This document shows, piece by piece, positions 13,901 to 26,833 of a stretch of 64,000 bases of DNA. The notes below the pieces were generated by a model. It was not told where the DNA came from and did no database searches. It was given only the letters and a program-made list of their open reading frames with translations. Position 1 is the stretch's first letter. Each line of letters starts with the position of its first letter. The translations under genes and the position numbers were made by a program. Origin of the DNA: Podarcis vaucheri (Eukaryota); assembly GCA_965113315.1 (NCBI GenBank), contig OZ220363.1; one strand, 5' to 3'.

Positions 13901-16900
13901 AAGTTTTTATGTGTTCTCGTTGGTTTTATCTTACTATTACTGGCTGTTCTTTAAAAAATTGTTTTATTGTATTTTTGTTATGATTGTTGTTAGCCACCTT
14001 GGATGCTATATGTAGAAAACTGAAATATAAACTGAAATGATGATGATGATATTGATAAAGTTTTTTTGGCTAAAATTATTTTCCACCACAAGTTCCAGGG
14101 AGGCATTCTTTTAATATGTAGCTATTTCAGTAGAAATGAGGACCAAACTATGTGTGATGTTTATCACATAGTTTGCCCAAGAGTGTAAACTTCTTCCTGC
14201 ACAAAGTGCTATAATGGATGGCCAAATCCATATCAGGATATTGGCATATCAGTTTCCTTTGCTGTCCACCATGGTGTCAGTCTGAATGACGGGTCCCACA
14301 TCTGCAATACCCATTTTTGGGGGGTATTCAATTTATCTCAGTCAGAATGTTCCCCCTATATAAATTGTTGGTGTGGGGGCAGGCAGGGCTTATACAGATC
14401 AAGATTGTGGTGAGGGAAGCAAAGAGTTAAAGGGTTTGATCAGACTCCCAAACTGGCAATTTATGAAAGCAAAATCTTGAACTCAAGGGCAAAGTATGTC
14501 ATAAGCATCATGTGTAGTTTGGCCCTTAGATCGGTGCAGAGAAAGTCAGAATTAAAACCAGTTATTGCAGCAAGAGCAATTACGATTCTTGAAAACTTGA
14601 GTCAAGTCAGGAGCTGACGTGACTCTGAGCATTCCACAGCATTATTCTGCTTTTTCATCAAAAAGAAAATTATTTAGTGCTTTTCTATGGGTCTTCAGGC
14701 TCCACTTAAATCCTGAGATATTTAATGTCTCCAAAAACTGATAAAATCTTCAATTTGGATGAAATGTCTGCCTAAAGGTTACTGCCTTTGTTAGTTTGTC
14801 TGTGCATTTAGAGATAATAGGCATATCGGTTACTTCATTGAAAGTGGTGATCAGAGAAGTGTCTGGGGAATGCATTAATCCATATACATAGTTTCTTGTT
14901 AAATGCATGTTAACACCATAGGAGCCTGTGCCAGCTAACAAGCATTTTGTGTAATGCAGATACATATTATTTATGCATATAAATGCTGATTTCCAGCCAC
15001 ATCCTAAGAGCCAAATTTATGAGGTTAATGCTAAAAGGGCTTTTGAAGTCATTGCTTTGTTACCTATTATTTGTGGTGTATTTAAGGATAACAAATCAGT
15101 TTTGGTTTCTCTCAGGTTCTTATTTTTCCAACCGTAAGTTCAGCTAGCATTTTCTTTAAAAGTCTGAATGCAAATTGATAACATTTCTGTGCATTTTTCT
15201 CCTAATATAAACATTTTTGTTTATATTGGTGCTTCACTGTATTATTAATGCTTATTATTATATGTATACCACTTACATCCCAAAATGGCTTCTATTAAAT
15301 TAATACATAATTAAAATACACAATAACATTAAATCATCCTTAAAGTATACAATAAAACAATCAATTAAAAAGCATAACACACAATTAAAAACAGTTAAAA
15401 CTACAGGTCTGTTTTCAGAAGGCAGCAGAATGCCAACACTGATGGGGCTTCTCATATTTCAGCAGGGAGGGTAAACAGGCAGGCAAATCAGACACACTCC
15501 ATCCAGTTCACCCTTTTCGATCTCAGTGATACAAGCTAGTTTGGTTCCCTCATCCATTGATGGGTAAGGTCTTATTACTTACTGACCTGTTGTTGCATAA
15601 CAGCAACATCAGACTATAGAGCCTGGAGGATGCTGTTAGCCTGCATAAAGCTATATCCAGCTGCAAGTGCATGGCTTTTTATTAAGGAGTACCCAGTGTC
15701 ATTTGTTAGAAGGCAGTATGTAAATACTGTAAATGAATGAATAAAGTACCCAGGGTGGAGGAGTTACACAGCTCATTTTCTAGGTACTCTGTCCAGTGGA
15801 GGACAAGCACCTCACTTCACCTTAACAAAGGAAAGGTACACTGCGGAACATGTACTTAGAAGCACTGAGTCCAAATTTTCAAACTCTGGATGATGGAATG
15901 GAAATGTCTCCAACACTTATATCATATTTAAAGGTTAAATCTGCTAAACCTGGCCTTCTTAGTTGTACCAACATTTGTAACCTTGAGGAAAGATTCAGCC
16001 CCCTCCTCAGCAGATAGATGAGAGAGATGTGGGTTGATGTGCCTCATTTCCTTGGCCAGCCCTAATGCTGGGATGTCTTTGCACAATTGTCCCTATTCTT
16101 ACTGTGTTTATGGCAATTAAGCTAATGCCTGGATTTTCATGGGAGATTCCCAGAGAGAATGGGAAAAGGTACTAGATGGATACACAAAGCTATAGGAAAG
16201 AGGTTAATCCCTATTCCTTCGTTTTTCAGCAAACCCTTTAGGAGATTACTGTAACATTTCCTAATTGTAGTAGCTTAAATGCTCTACCCGATGATGATGA
16301 TGATCAGCACAATCACTATTATCCCTGAATCCTCCAGACAAATTTCATTTACGAAGAGCTTTGCAAAGGAGGACATGTATTAAGTTTCCAAGATGATGTA
16401 AAGAGTAATTAATGTCTCTAGAAAATGTGGATGAGTAACTGCAAATTCCTTTATCCTATTTGCTTAAAGGCTCATCAGAACATAAAGGAGTTGCTGTAGT
16501 GTAGCAGAACAAATTTCTCATTCTGGCCACTAGTGGCATTTGTCCCACAACTAACAGCGCAATCCTATGCGTGGGAGAAGTTAACCCTGCTGACTTCAGT
16601 GGGACTACATGTATGTAGTGTCACGGTCTGAGTCATATGAAACCATTCTTGGCTTCAGTTTTCATCCCCTGGAGGTGGTTCTCTTACTGTTGTTGACATC
16701 CATCTGTCTTGGGAGGAGTGTACCTTTGAGGGTGAAGTCAAACTGTTGGAAGCTTGCAGTGCCTGCTGTGGCTGTAGAAATTGATGCAGGAGAGACATGT
16801 TTTGTTGCAGCTGGGGCAGATGAAGGCATCTGGTTTTGCTGTTGCAGATGCACCATGATGTTTCTCTTACTAGGCTGGGTGAAATAATGGCACTTTTGTG

Positions 16901-17913
16901 TTAAGGTAGCCATACAGCCAAAGTATCATTTGACATACATCTCAAAATCCATCATTTGTAATATATAAGGCCTATTGTCTATGAATGCATTGGCCCAAAG
17001 CAGTTTACAGTATGAAGAAAGTCAAATTGTCACAGTAGATCATCGTCTGTTTCAGTTTGCTCTCATGAAATGACGCCTCATTTCTTCTCAGGCTATGTAA
17101 AATGTACAATTCCTGATGCAAGTGCAAATTTATCTAGCAAGTGAAAAATGATAGTGTATGGACTCCCCACAGTTTTGTTGCATCAAGCTTACATCCCAAT
17201 TGTATAGGGCAAGTATCAATATGTGGTAGATCAAGACTAATCCAAGTGTTATGTATTCTACATTTAAACAATGGAATGTATATAAGGAAGGGGGAGGAAT
17301 GTTGCAGTCATCTTATGTACTGTATCTAAATATCATTGGCTTGAGAACTGCACCAACTATTTAAAGAGTGGGAAGTTGAAGTGTCATTTTTATGTATTAT
17401 GCACACATGCAATGGCAACTTGAGGTTTTGTCAACACATCAACAAAATGAAGAATGACCCACAACACCAGTCCATGTTGCTAAGGTCACCAACCAATTTT
17501 GCTGTTGCATGCAACATTTAGCTGCCTTTCCTGTTGCTAGAACAGGCAGGTGTAAAATTAAAATAAAATGGGCTGCTGTGCTGATCGCTAGTCTACATTT
17601 TAGGGGTCAGCTATACACTGTGTACAATTGTGTGTACTGCAGCTCTGAGGTTGTTTTCTTTCTTTTAAAAAAAAGAAAAGAAAAACAGTTGGTGTACATT
17701 TTGAACAAAGAATTGGGTGTAGTGCTTCATCACTGTTACAAGACTCAAATACTTCCCCAATGGCATTATAAAAAGTATGTGATTTGGATAATAGTAGGTG
17801 GTTAAACACACACAGTATTGCTCAAAACTACCTTTTCAGAATGTGTTTTTAAAGTATTATTATTATTAGCATTAGCATTAGTGTTGGGGCTGCATCGCAC
17901 AAAGTTGCAGTGA

Positions 17914-18092
17914 GGGACTATCACTCAATAGTGGACCTCATGTTTTGCATGCAGAGAGTTCCAGGTTTGGTATCTGTCATCTGCAGGCAGTACTTGGAAA
18001 GTCTCCTCTTGGAGACCCTGGAAATCTGTTGCCACTTACTGTAGACAATACTAAGCTACATAGACCAATGGTCTGAGGCAGCTTCCTACATT
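17914..18092 (+). mobile_element. Degenerate tRNA-Ala-like SINE
   Basis: ttgcatgcag...ccaggtt head and gtagacaatact.agcta...gaccaatggtctga...ggcagcttcct tail; recognised from memory of lizard repeats. Confidence 0.6.
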
Positions 18093-20879
18093 TATGCATG
18101 CCAGGTGATTTTTTTTGGGGGGGGGGAGGGAATTAATCATGACAATATTCTTTTGGCAACTGGCCATAATGTGCGTGTGTGTGCGCGCACACTCACACAC
18201 ATGTGCTGATGGTGGCTTCTCATTTTGCTTTGTTGCTCTTTAAGATACATTTTCCATAAATTTGGTATGATCCTGTCAGTGTGAAACAGTTTCAACAGAA
18301 AAGGGAGTGGGATTGCTTGCCCACATATGACAGAAAATAGGAGTGCATGTTCCTCTTTTGTTTCAACTACCCAAAGTTAAGAGTTTCCTTAAATCACATT
18401 CTGGTAACTGAAACTAATGTTCCTTTTGGGAGGGTACCAGACCATCATTAGGAGAAGCCACATTATGCTCTTTCAGTTATGTATTTTTAACTAAAATCTC
18501 TCCTGATTGTACTTACTCAAATCACTGTTGAACTCACTTCCTTTTTTTTAACCCTCACCTTGCATGGGTGGTTCTCTCTACACAGTATGTTTCCCCAATA
18601 GTTAATTCAATTCTACAGTCCTCATTAAATGTTTATTCTAGACTCTCACTAATCCAGACCATCTGCTTGTAGGGATCAGTTTAAGGGCTATGTAAAAAGA
18701 CATTTTTAAAAAAGGTTATCAGTGTAAACAAATCAATTAATACTGTAGGCAGATGATCTGGCACTGATGGCCTTTATTCCGTAAGCCGTGGGTTATAAAC
18801 TTATCCCAGACTGCATTTAGTGACTTCAGATTGATTCTCAGAGCTGGCCCTGATTTTGGTGACTGAAGGTGATCTGGGATAATTTATATTGTAATCCTGT
18901 TCAATGTGTTATTTACACTTCTTGTCTGTTTAAGTCAGTAACAAGCCAGACAGTTAGAAGCCGGTGATGCAGAAAAGATATTGATCACCAAGTAGCTGGC
19001 AATTAGACACAGAGTTTCATATTCTTGGTATTGATTAGTTGTGCTTAACCGTAGGCTCACATAGTAACAAAACTGCAATAGCAGTGCTGGTGGTGAGATA
19101 GAGAGAAGCTACATTAATGCCCCCCACCAAAAAAACAAAACAAAGAAAACCCCAACCTAATGGAGTTACTGTGGAACTCAGAAGCTGTTTGAAATACTTA
19201 TAAAACTTTTTAGCTAACTTGAATCATTTCATACTCCATGTATTCCTCAACAATTTGGAATCAGTTGTTCTCTGGTGTTATATCTCTCCCCAACCTTTCA
19301 TATTTTAAGAAAACATATCCCACCCCCAATTCCATTCCATCCTGTATGTCCAAAGCAAACCCACTACAAAGTGCTGCACAGGTCAGTTGGACCTCAAAAA
19401 CAGATTCTGTCCTTAGGGTTAAATTCTATCTCAAGCTGGATTTATCTTTACATAGAAGTTTTAAACGATTTCATAATGCAAATTTTCAAGAGTTGCTTCT
19501 AATTTATCATAGATATTTTTGAGGTGGTGGAAATTTCTTGAGGTATCTTTTTGTAGGGGTAAATTAGATGTTAGCTATTGGGATACATTGGACCCCTTCC
19601 ATTATTTACTTTGAGTTCAGTAACTCACCTGGCATTTTGGTGGTTTTCAGATTTGTTTTCTCCTTGTTTTTTCTGTGAGCCTAGTTTTTCACCTATGCAT
19701 CTCTCTTATTTTTTTTACAGGGCTTTCTTTACAGAGGAATTTAAGTTAATATTGTGAGGCCTAGTGTACCCCAATAGCTTTTGGGGTTTTTTTGTTGCTT
19801 TTTGTGGAATGTGATACCAATTAAATCAAATTTGGCATTAAACTGGATGGCGGGGTAGGGGTAGTGATGGATTTCTTGAAGATCCCACTTGCAGAATCTG
19901 CAGTCAGCGCCTCCATGCAAACAGGTGTAATTGAAACATATGGACTAGTTACTTCTTTTCGTTTCTAATGACAACTGATTTCTTTAAGGATGGTAAATTT
20001 TGGTGATGAGAGCAATATATGATGTCCTGGGGGGGTAGTTTCATGAGTCTCAGCTGGAAAGGGGATTGCAGTAGGGCTGCTAGTGAGAATATTGAGCAGA
20101 AGCCATTGGATTTCATGTAGCTAATAAACACTTTTGATCATGAAATAAAGATAGGCTGTTTCTATTTGTGAAATGGATGAATCTGTTTCTATATAGAGAA
20201 AAGAAAAAAGAAAAAGAAACTCAGCATTTTGCAGTACTGTTTCCAACTATTGTAATAACTATTCTAGCAAGTTACTGGGAAAATATAACTAGAAGTGTAA
20301 ATATTCAGCATGGGAACTTGCGTTCAGAATTAAGTTGCATTCTTACCCATTAAGCAATGGATGACATCTGGCAAGTGAGCCACGTGTGGTGCCTGAAGCT
20401 ATTATGTGACCCACGGGCTCTTATTAAAATCTGAAGAATCTCATTTTCAATTAAAATCATAAAGTAAGTTTCTAGGCCTCAGAGGTACAAAGATGTACAT
20501 TTAAGATGTAGTGCCAAAATGCTAAACAGCTGGCATCAAAGAAGCAAATAAAAGATACCAGTTTATTGATTTTCAATTCTCATGGTTCCTTCATCCATAT
20601 AGTAACATTTTCTAAAAGCCAAATAGGACCTTACATATTTTAAAGTAATAGTTTAAGACTTTATGAATAGCAGAGAAAGTAGAGCAGGAAAATGTCTTTA
20701 AAATATTAAAATAGTATGCCAAAACCAACTCAGGGCAGGTACTTTTGGTGAGATTTGGCCCATCTCAGGGGAGAAAAATTGTTCGTAGGTAAACTGTATA
20801 TGCTACATATGCACAAATATTGAGTTTCCATAAGCAAAAATAATATTTTTAGTGAAAGAATATATGAATGAGTTGTCTA

Positions 20880-20881
<2 letters not shown>

Positions 20882-20919
<38 letters not shown>
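20882..20919 (+). repeat. (GT)n microsatellite; others at 2448-2470, 11281-11316, 52559-52581 and 63461-63477
   Basis: Seen directly. Confidence 0.95.
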
Positions 20920-20920
<1 letters not shown>

Positions 20921-21132
20921 GAGTGCACCACAGGAGCTACTGTAAATACATGCTTGTCAATAAATGGCTTGTGGCCGTTGTCCTCGTTGGACTGGGTGTG
21001 CTTAGGACTCCAATCTTCTGATTTGGTTTCAGACTGTCTTTCAACTCAAGTAACTTAGAACATGCTGTGTGAAGCATAATGGTGAAGAAGAACACATCTG
21101 AGGTACAGAGCCCTTTGGCTTAACTATGCTAA

Positions 21133-21342
<210 letters not shown>

Positions 21343-22027
21343 TGAGGCCACCTCCTTGGGCAGAAATTTAATGGTGATGAAAGTGCAAGGGACCAAAAAC
21401 AAGATGCTATTTAACAGTGGGAGGAGACTACAATTGTAACAGATAATTTACTATCAATAGCAAAGCTTTCCTGTTACTTGACAAAAATCACAATACATGA
21501 AGAAGCTGCTCATTTCCCATACCACCTTTGTAATTCCTTGCAAATGGTTCAGCAAAAATATAAACTAACCCCCCAAAAGGCAAGTACTCATGGAAGTGAA
21601 CTTAAAGATTGGAGCATTGGATTTCTTTTAAGCCTTTACAAAACTTGAATAGCACCTCTATCTACCTCTGCATTGGGCGTTTATAGGTTTTGATAGGCAA
21701 TACTACTGATAGAAACCTCTTATCCTCTTACAGGCTTGTTTTGTTGGTTGGAGAGGAATTAGGTTAAGGGTGCATTTATGCACATACACAGGCCTGTCAA
21801 AGCATCAGTCTGATTTGTTGCAACAGAACAAAAGTTCAGAGGTTAAATAGGCACTGACTGGAATGAATATGTGAGGGCCAAAGAAGTATGCAGTGAGCAT
21901 AAATTGTGTCATTATTTAGTTCAGCAACACTGAAGGTCCACAGGTTCCTCACCCTTGGCTTGAAGACTGGGACAGATAGTCAAAAGCAGGAGAGCAGTAT
22001 GTACCCTGCTGTATTAGTCACTTGGAA

Positions 22028-22160
22028 ACATTTGCCATTTATTTATTATGTTTATATCCTGCCTTTCTTTTAAGGAATTCAAGGCAGCATACATAGTTCT
22101 CCATTCTCCTCCATTTATCCTCATAGTAACCCTGTAATGTAGGCAAGGCCAAGAGATAGC
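22028..22160 (-). mobile_element. MIR-like/CORE SINE remnant; related remnant near 34540-34720
   Basis: tttatcctcatagtaaccctgtaatgtagg resembles the reverse complement of the CORE domain. Confidence 0.5.
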
Positions 22161-23664
22161 TATTTCTCTGCATTAGGTAACCCTTGTTACTTAGAGGTTT
22201 GTAGTTTTCCACTCCAGTATTTGCTTATGGATGGAGTCAGAGGTACTAGAAGTGACTGTTCACTTAGTGGTTGTAATAACATGGCACCATGGTGGTGGTG
22301 GTGGTTCTTTTTTTAATTCCCATCTGCAAAATGCAATGTCAAGTTAAAGCCTTCATGGGCTAGAATAGTCATCCAGGGTGGGTTTTTTAAAGTCTGTTTT
22401 TTCTCACATTAGTAGCAGTCACATATGCACACAAATAGCTCAACAGGGGTGGGTCCAAAGCGACTTTTATTGTCATATGTGAAAATACCGTAAATTAAAA
22501 ACAAACAGACCAGGAAATTGTATCCCCCCCCTTCTTCTGATTCATCTGAAATAAATTAGCATTGTCTTGGTATATGACCATTGTTGATGTTCTTGGAACT
22601 TCCCATAGCAGGAATAAATAAGTCACTTTTCTGTAGAGGTATTAATCATCTCTTAATGAGCATCTGACAAGACTTTACATTATCCTGCCATATTGGCAAA
22701 CCCCAAAGGGAAGGGAAGCCTTTTATCATCCAGTGGAGGAGGTTACCATTCAGCTGCATCTTGGCAGCCTTAACCAGGCACCTCTGTGGAGCAGAATACA
22801 CATTTCCTGTTAGCACAGCTTTCCACACTTCAGAGATGCTTGTACTTGGAATTAACTAAGAGGCCCACAGTGAGACATAGGTTCTCACGCTGCCAATGGG
22901 AGAAAAGAATTTTGTTCAGATATGGGAATACCAGATTAAATATTGATGGTCCTTAAAATCTCAGCATGTAACTAGTATCCAGAAAAGCATACAGTGAGGC
23001 AGGGAAGGTCTAACTGTTGATGGGGTTTCCATTGCAAATTCTTTGGCATCTTTTTTAAAAACAAGCATTCTCATTATCATCTGGGCAGCCACCCCCAACT
23101 AATGGTATCTGGGAATTTTCAGAATGTGTATGTATATATGGGGTGGGGTGGGGTTACTGCTTTTTATGCACTATGCAATTCAACATGGTGTTAGAAGAAA
23201 CTTTTGAACTAATTTTCAAGTTTAGGGGTTTTAAAGGCTTGATTTATTGCAGTGAACAAAACCTGTATTGTGGCCATACTTCCTAAATTATCTTTCTTAA
23301 AATGGTCCTAATAGTGTTGTACGTTCCAGGGTTGTGAGGAGGGAAAATAACAAAGATTTTAAAGCAGTGATTGCGATAGAAGTGTAGTGGAAATTATTAA
23401 TAATGCCGGTGTTTACCTTTGTTTAAAAGCTGCCTTGAATATTTCATAGAAGAACAGGGTATAAATATTGATAATAAATCAGGAATAAAAATAAATATGC
23501 CCGTATGAATCTGCGAAATGTTTAGTGATGAGAATCTGTTGGTTGTGGAAAACACTAAAAATGTTTCATTCTCTCGCATTTTCATTCTCACGCTTCACTT
23601 CACCTCTTTTTACCATATGTCTGGCACATCTGTACCAATCTCTCTTTCCTCCCCGCATACACAG

Positions 23665-23883
23665 TCCCTCTTTCACGCCACTTCCTTGCAGAAGACGCAC
23701 CAGAGTGCCCTCCAGGTGCAGCAGAAGGCGGAGGTATTGCTGCAGGCTGGGCACTACGATGCTGATGCCATAAGGGAATGCGCAGAGAAGGTGGCACTGC
23801 ACTGGCAGCAGCTAATGTTGAAGATGGAAGACAGGCTGAAGCTGGTTAATGCATCTGTCGCTTTTTATAAAACCTCAGAGCAG
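23665..23883 (+). CDS. KALRN: KALRN exon: [SLFHATSLQ]KTHQSALQVQQKAEVLLQAGHYDADAIRECAEKVALHWQQLMLKMEDRLKLVNASVAFYKTSEQ; alternative acceptor at 23692
   Basis: acacag|23665 and ttgcag|23692 acceptors 27 nt apart, CAG|gtgagc donor, 219 or 192 nt. Confidence 0.95.
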
Positions 23884-24813
23884 GTGAGCCGAATGATGTG
23901 CAGTGATACTTGTAACTATTTTAAAAATCCCATAGTATTCATTGTCATAACATTTTATTTAGGGCAGCTGTGAATTCAAATCTCTGAGCTAGCCACATCT
24001 TTATATTGCCCACATATTCATTGATGCTGTCTGAATCTTACATAGTCCTAGATTGAGATTCATTAACTACAAATCCCAAGATTTGGGATCTCCTCCAAAC
24101 CTCCAAAGTTTTGAGCCAAAACAAATTTTAAGCTATTGGCTCGGCCTTCTCCACAATGGATGCATATTGTTGCTCAGTGTACTATATGAAAGTGCATTGA
24201 CAGTGAGTATGGTCAACATCAATTCAGACTGTATTATCGATACATGAATTTTCTGTATGAATAACTTAACTACCTGCAACCCAGGATTTTCCTGCATGGT
24301 TTGAGCACAATAACCTAAACAATTAAAATACATCTCAAGCCATTTCCAAGGCATCAGTCCTAAATTCGATGCCCTTGACTCACAAATAAGAGAACTGGCT
24401 AGCTCAGCACCATAGCTGACAAATGCTGACTTGTTGCCCCATTGTCAGCTGGGCAGACAAAGAGACCATTTCATGAGACCAGGTGAGTCGCAAACCTACA
24501 AATCAGTATATTATTTTTCTTCTGTAGTTTTAGCACAACTTGGAATCCTAAAGTTCTGCATCATTAAAAATCCACATTAGGAAATAGGCTTCATCAACCA
24601 CAGGGCCAAATTAGGTTGGAATTTTCTCTTTAAAAGGTCAATTAATATTTCCCAAACTAATATGTTCTGAGTTAGGAAGCCCATATAGCATTTGTCTGTG
24701 AATATCTCCTTTTCTTGTCTTTTGTTAGCTTTCTAGGTTAATGGACTTGTAGTAGTTTTTCTATGTTTCTGGATGTAGCTTTTATAGCTGAAGTGTCCTG
24801 ACTTATGCCTCAG

Positions 24814-24963
24814 GTTTGCAGTGTGCTAGAGAGTTTGGAACAGGAATATCGAAGAGATGAAGACTGGTGTGGAGGTCGGGATAAGCTTGGACCAGCATCT
24901 GAAATAGACCATGTCATCCCCTTAATCAGCAAACATCTGGAACAAAAAGAAGCCTTTCTCAAG
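24814..24963 (+). CDS. KALRN: KALRN exon: VCSVLESLEQEYRRDEDWCGGRDKLGPASEIDHVIPLISKHLEQKEAFLK
   Basis: cctcag| acceptor, AAG|gtctgt donor, 150 nt. Confidence 0.95.
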
Positions 24964-26718
24964 GTCTGTTGTAGTCTTCCTCTTTTCTGTAGTTGTTTTT
25001 ATTTTTTGGTAACTGAAAATAGCTGTGGTGGAAACCTGTCAGCAGAGCATGCAGATGATGTTCTGTGCACTGTCATTTCCATATAGAACATACCTGAATA
25101 TAATTTTATGGGAATCATAAGAAAAACACAGTTTTTGCATGCAGTCATAGTGTAGCTTTTCTCTAAATGTTTTATGACTGGACAACTTGCACAATCTTTC
25201 TCCAGAATAGAGATTTCCCAACTCCTCCCCCCCCCCCCAATCCTCATTTTGACAGTCAGTTCCAATACTACAAAAATGGATATTCTGCCCATACAAGTGG
25301 CTGCTTCCACAGGCAGTGTAATGTGGGACCAATCAGCTTGTTCCTTCCCTTTCATGGCCTGAAAGAATTACAACTTGTGAATTTTTTTCAATTCATGGAA
25401 GGGAACAGAAGAGCTCATATTAATCTGCTGTGCTAATGTTACGTCCTTCACTTGAATAGCCTGCTCATGTGGGCAGTGCCTTGTGCATTGGATTCCAGTG
25501 CCTCATTTGAGCCAACTCTTTAGCATTGCAAAAGGCCAGGTACAATTAGCAGATGGAGAGACAAGGGTTTGTAATGTTTCATTGCTCTTTGGCATTAAAA
25601 AGGAGTAGAGGCCTACTAACCAAGCATGAGAGAATGTGGCTTTGAGCAGATATCAGTAGTTGGTTTTGTTTCTGGATAGATGTGAGGGCAGGAACAACTG
25701 TTTTCTTCTGCCCAGGGTCTTCTAAGCAGCATTCACATTGAAAGGGTAAAGAACTCAAGGTGCATCTTTTCTTCCTGCCCTTATTGTTTCCCTTTCTCCC
25801 AGATCTCATTTATCTGGCTCAAAGTAGCTGCAGTTGGAGAAAAAGTTCAACACTCAGTAGTCAAGCACATGATTTACATGCTGACAGTAGTATGATTCAA
25901 TTCCAGGAACTGCTAGTTAAAAGGAATTCAGAGCTGGAAAAGATCACTACCTTTTGACTTATGAGAACTGATTCCGGGCAGGATTGACCAGAGGAACAGA
26001 CAATGTGGTACCCTCCAGATGTTGCTGAATTAGAACTCACACCATCTCTGATTGCTGGCCATGCTGGCTGGGGCTGTTGGGAGTGTCCACTGTCATCTGG
26101 AAGACACTGCATTGGCTGTCTCTGGGATACATGGTACTGTGGCATATTAACAATTGTTCTGACTAGGATATGGCAAGGATAAGGATAAGTTCCTGACTGC
26201 TGTATATTCTGTTGCAAGAATGCAATGGCAAGAAGTGACTGGCCTTTCTTCCATGTATCCCTAGATCTTCCCCTCAGCAAGCCATAGCTTGTATATAAAT
26301 GTTAAATAATTCTTAACACCTTTGCTTTTCAAAGTTGCATACAGATAATGTAAAGGTATGTTTTTGAAAGACTGCATTCCAGAATAAATCAACTGTCACC
26401 TTCTGGAATAAAGATCAAGATGTACAATCCCCCACTAGCGGTGTTATGCTTTTGCTTTTCTACTGGAATCAGCCAATTTTTTCCACATAGCATTTTCTCT
26501 CATATCATACCCATTCCCAAGATGATGGATGTGTGTGACTGCAGTCTGAGTTTCTCAGTGTTTTCTCATGCACGTCAACATCCTTCAGAGGTCAAATGAG
26601 AAAAGAAGCTCATGCCACAGTTCAGTGGTTCCTCTGTGTTTTATTCTTCTGATTCACTTGTCAAAAGGGTAACTGTTGTGCTTGGGGGTGGGGTGGGGGT
26701 GTTGTTTACTGCCCACAG

Positions 26719-26833
26719 GCCTGCACACTAGCACGAAGGAATGCAGAAGTGTTTCTCAAGTACATTCACCGAAACAACGTCAGCATGCCAGGGGGAGTGA
26801 GCCATACGAGGGGACCTGAGCAACAAGTCAAAG
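26719..26833 (+). CDS. KALRN: KALRN exon: ACTLARRNAEVFLKYIHRNNVSMPGGVSHTRGPEQQVK(A)
   Basis: cccacag| acceptor, AAG|gtcagt donor, 115 nt. Confidence 0.95.

Noticed and set aside
23518-23664. N-terminal extension of the 151-aa ORF upstream of the exon
   Set aside because: It is the AG-free pyrimidine-rich intron end, which is naturally stop-poor; no kalirin similarity.
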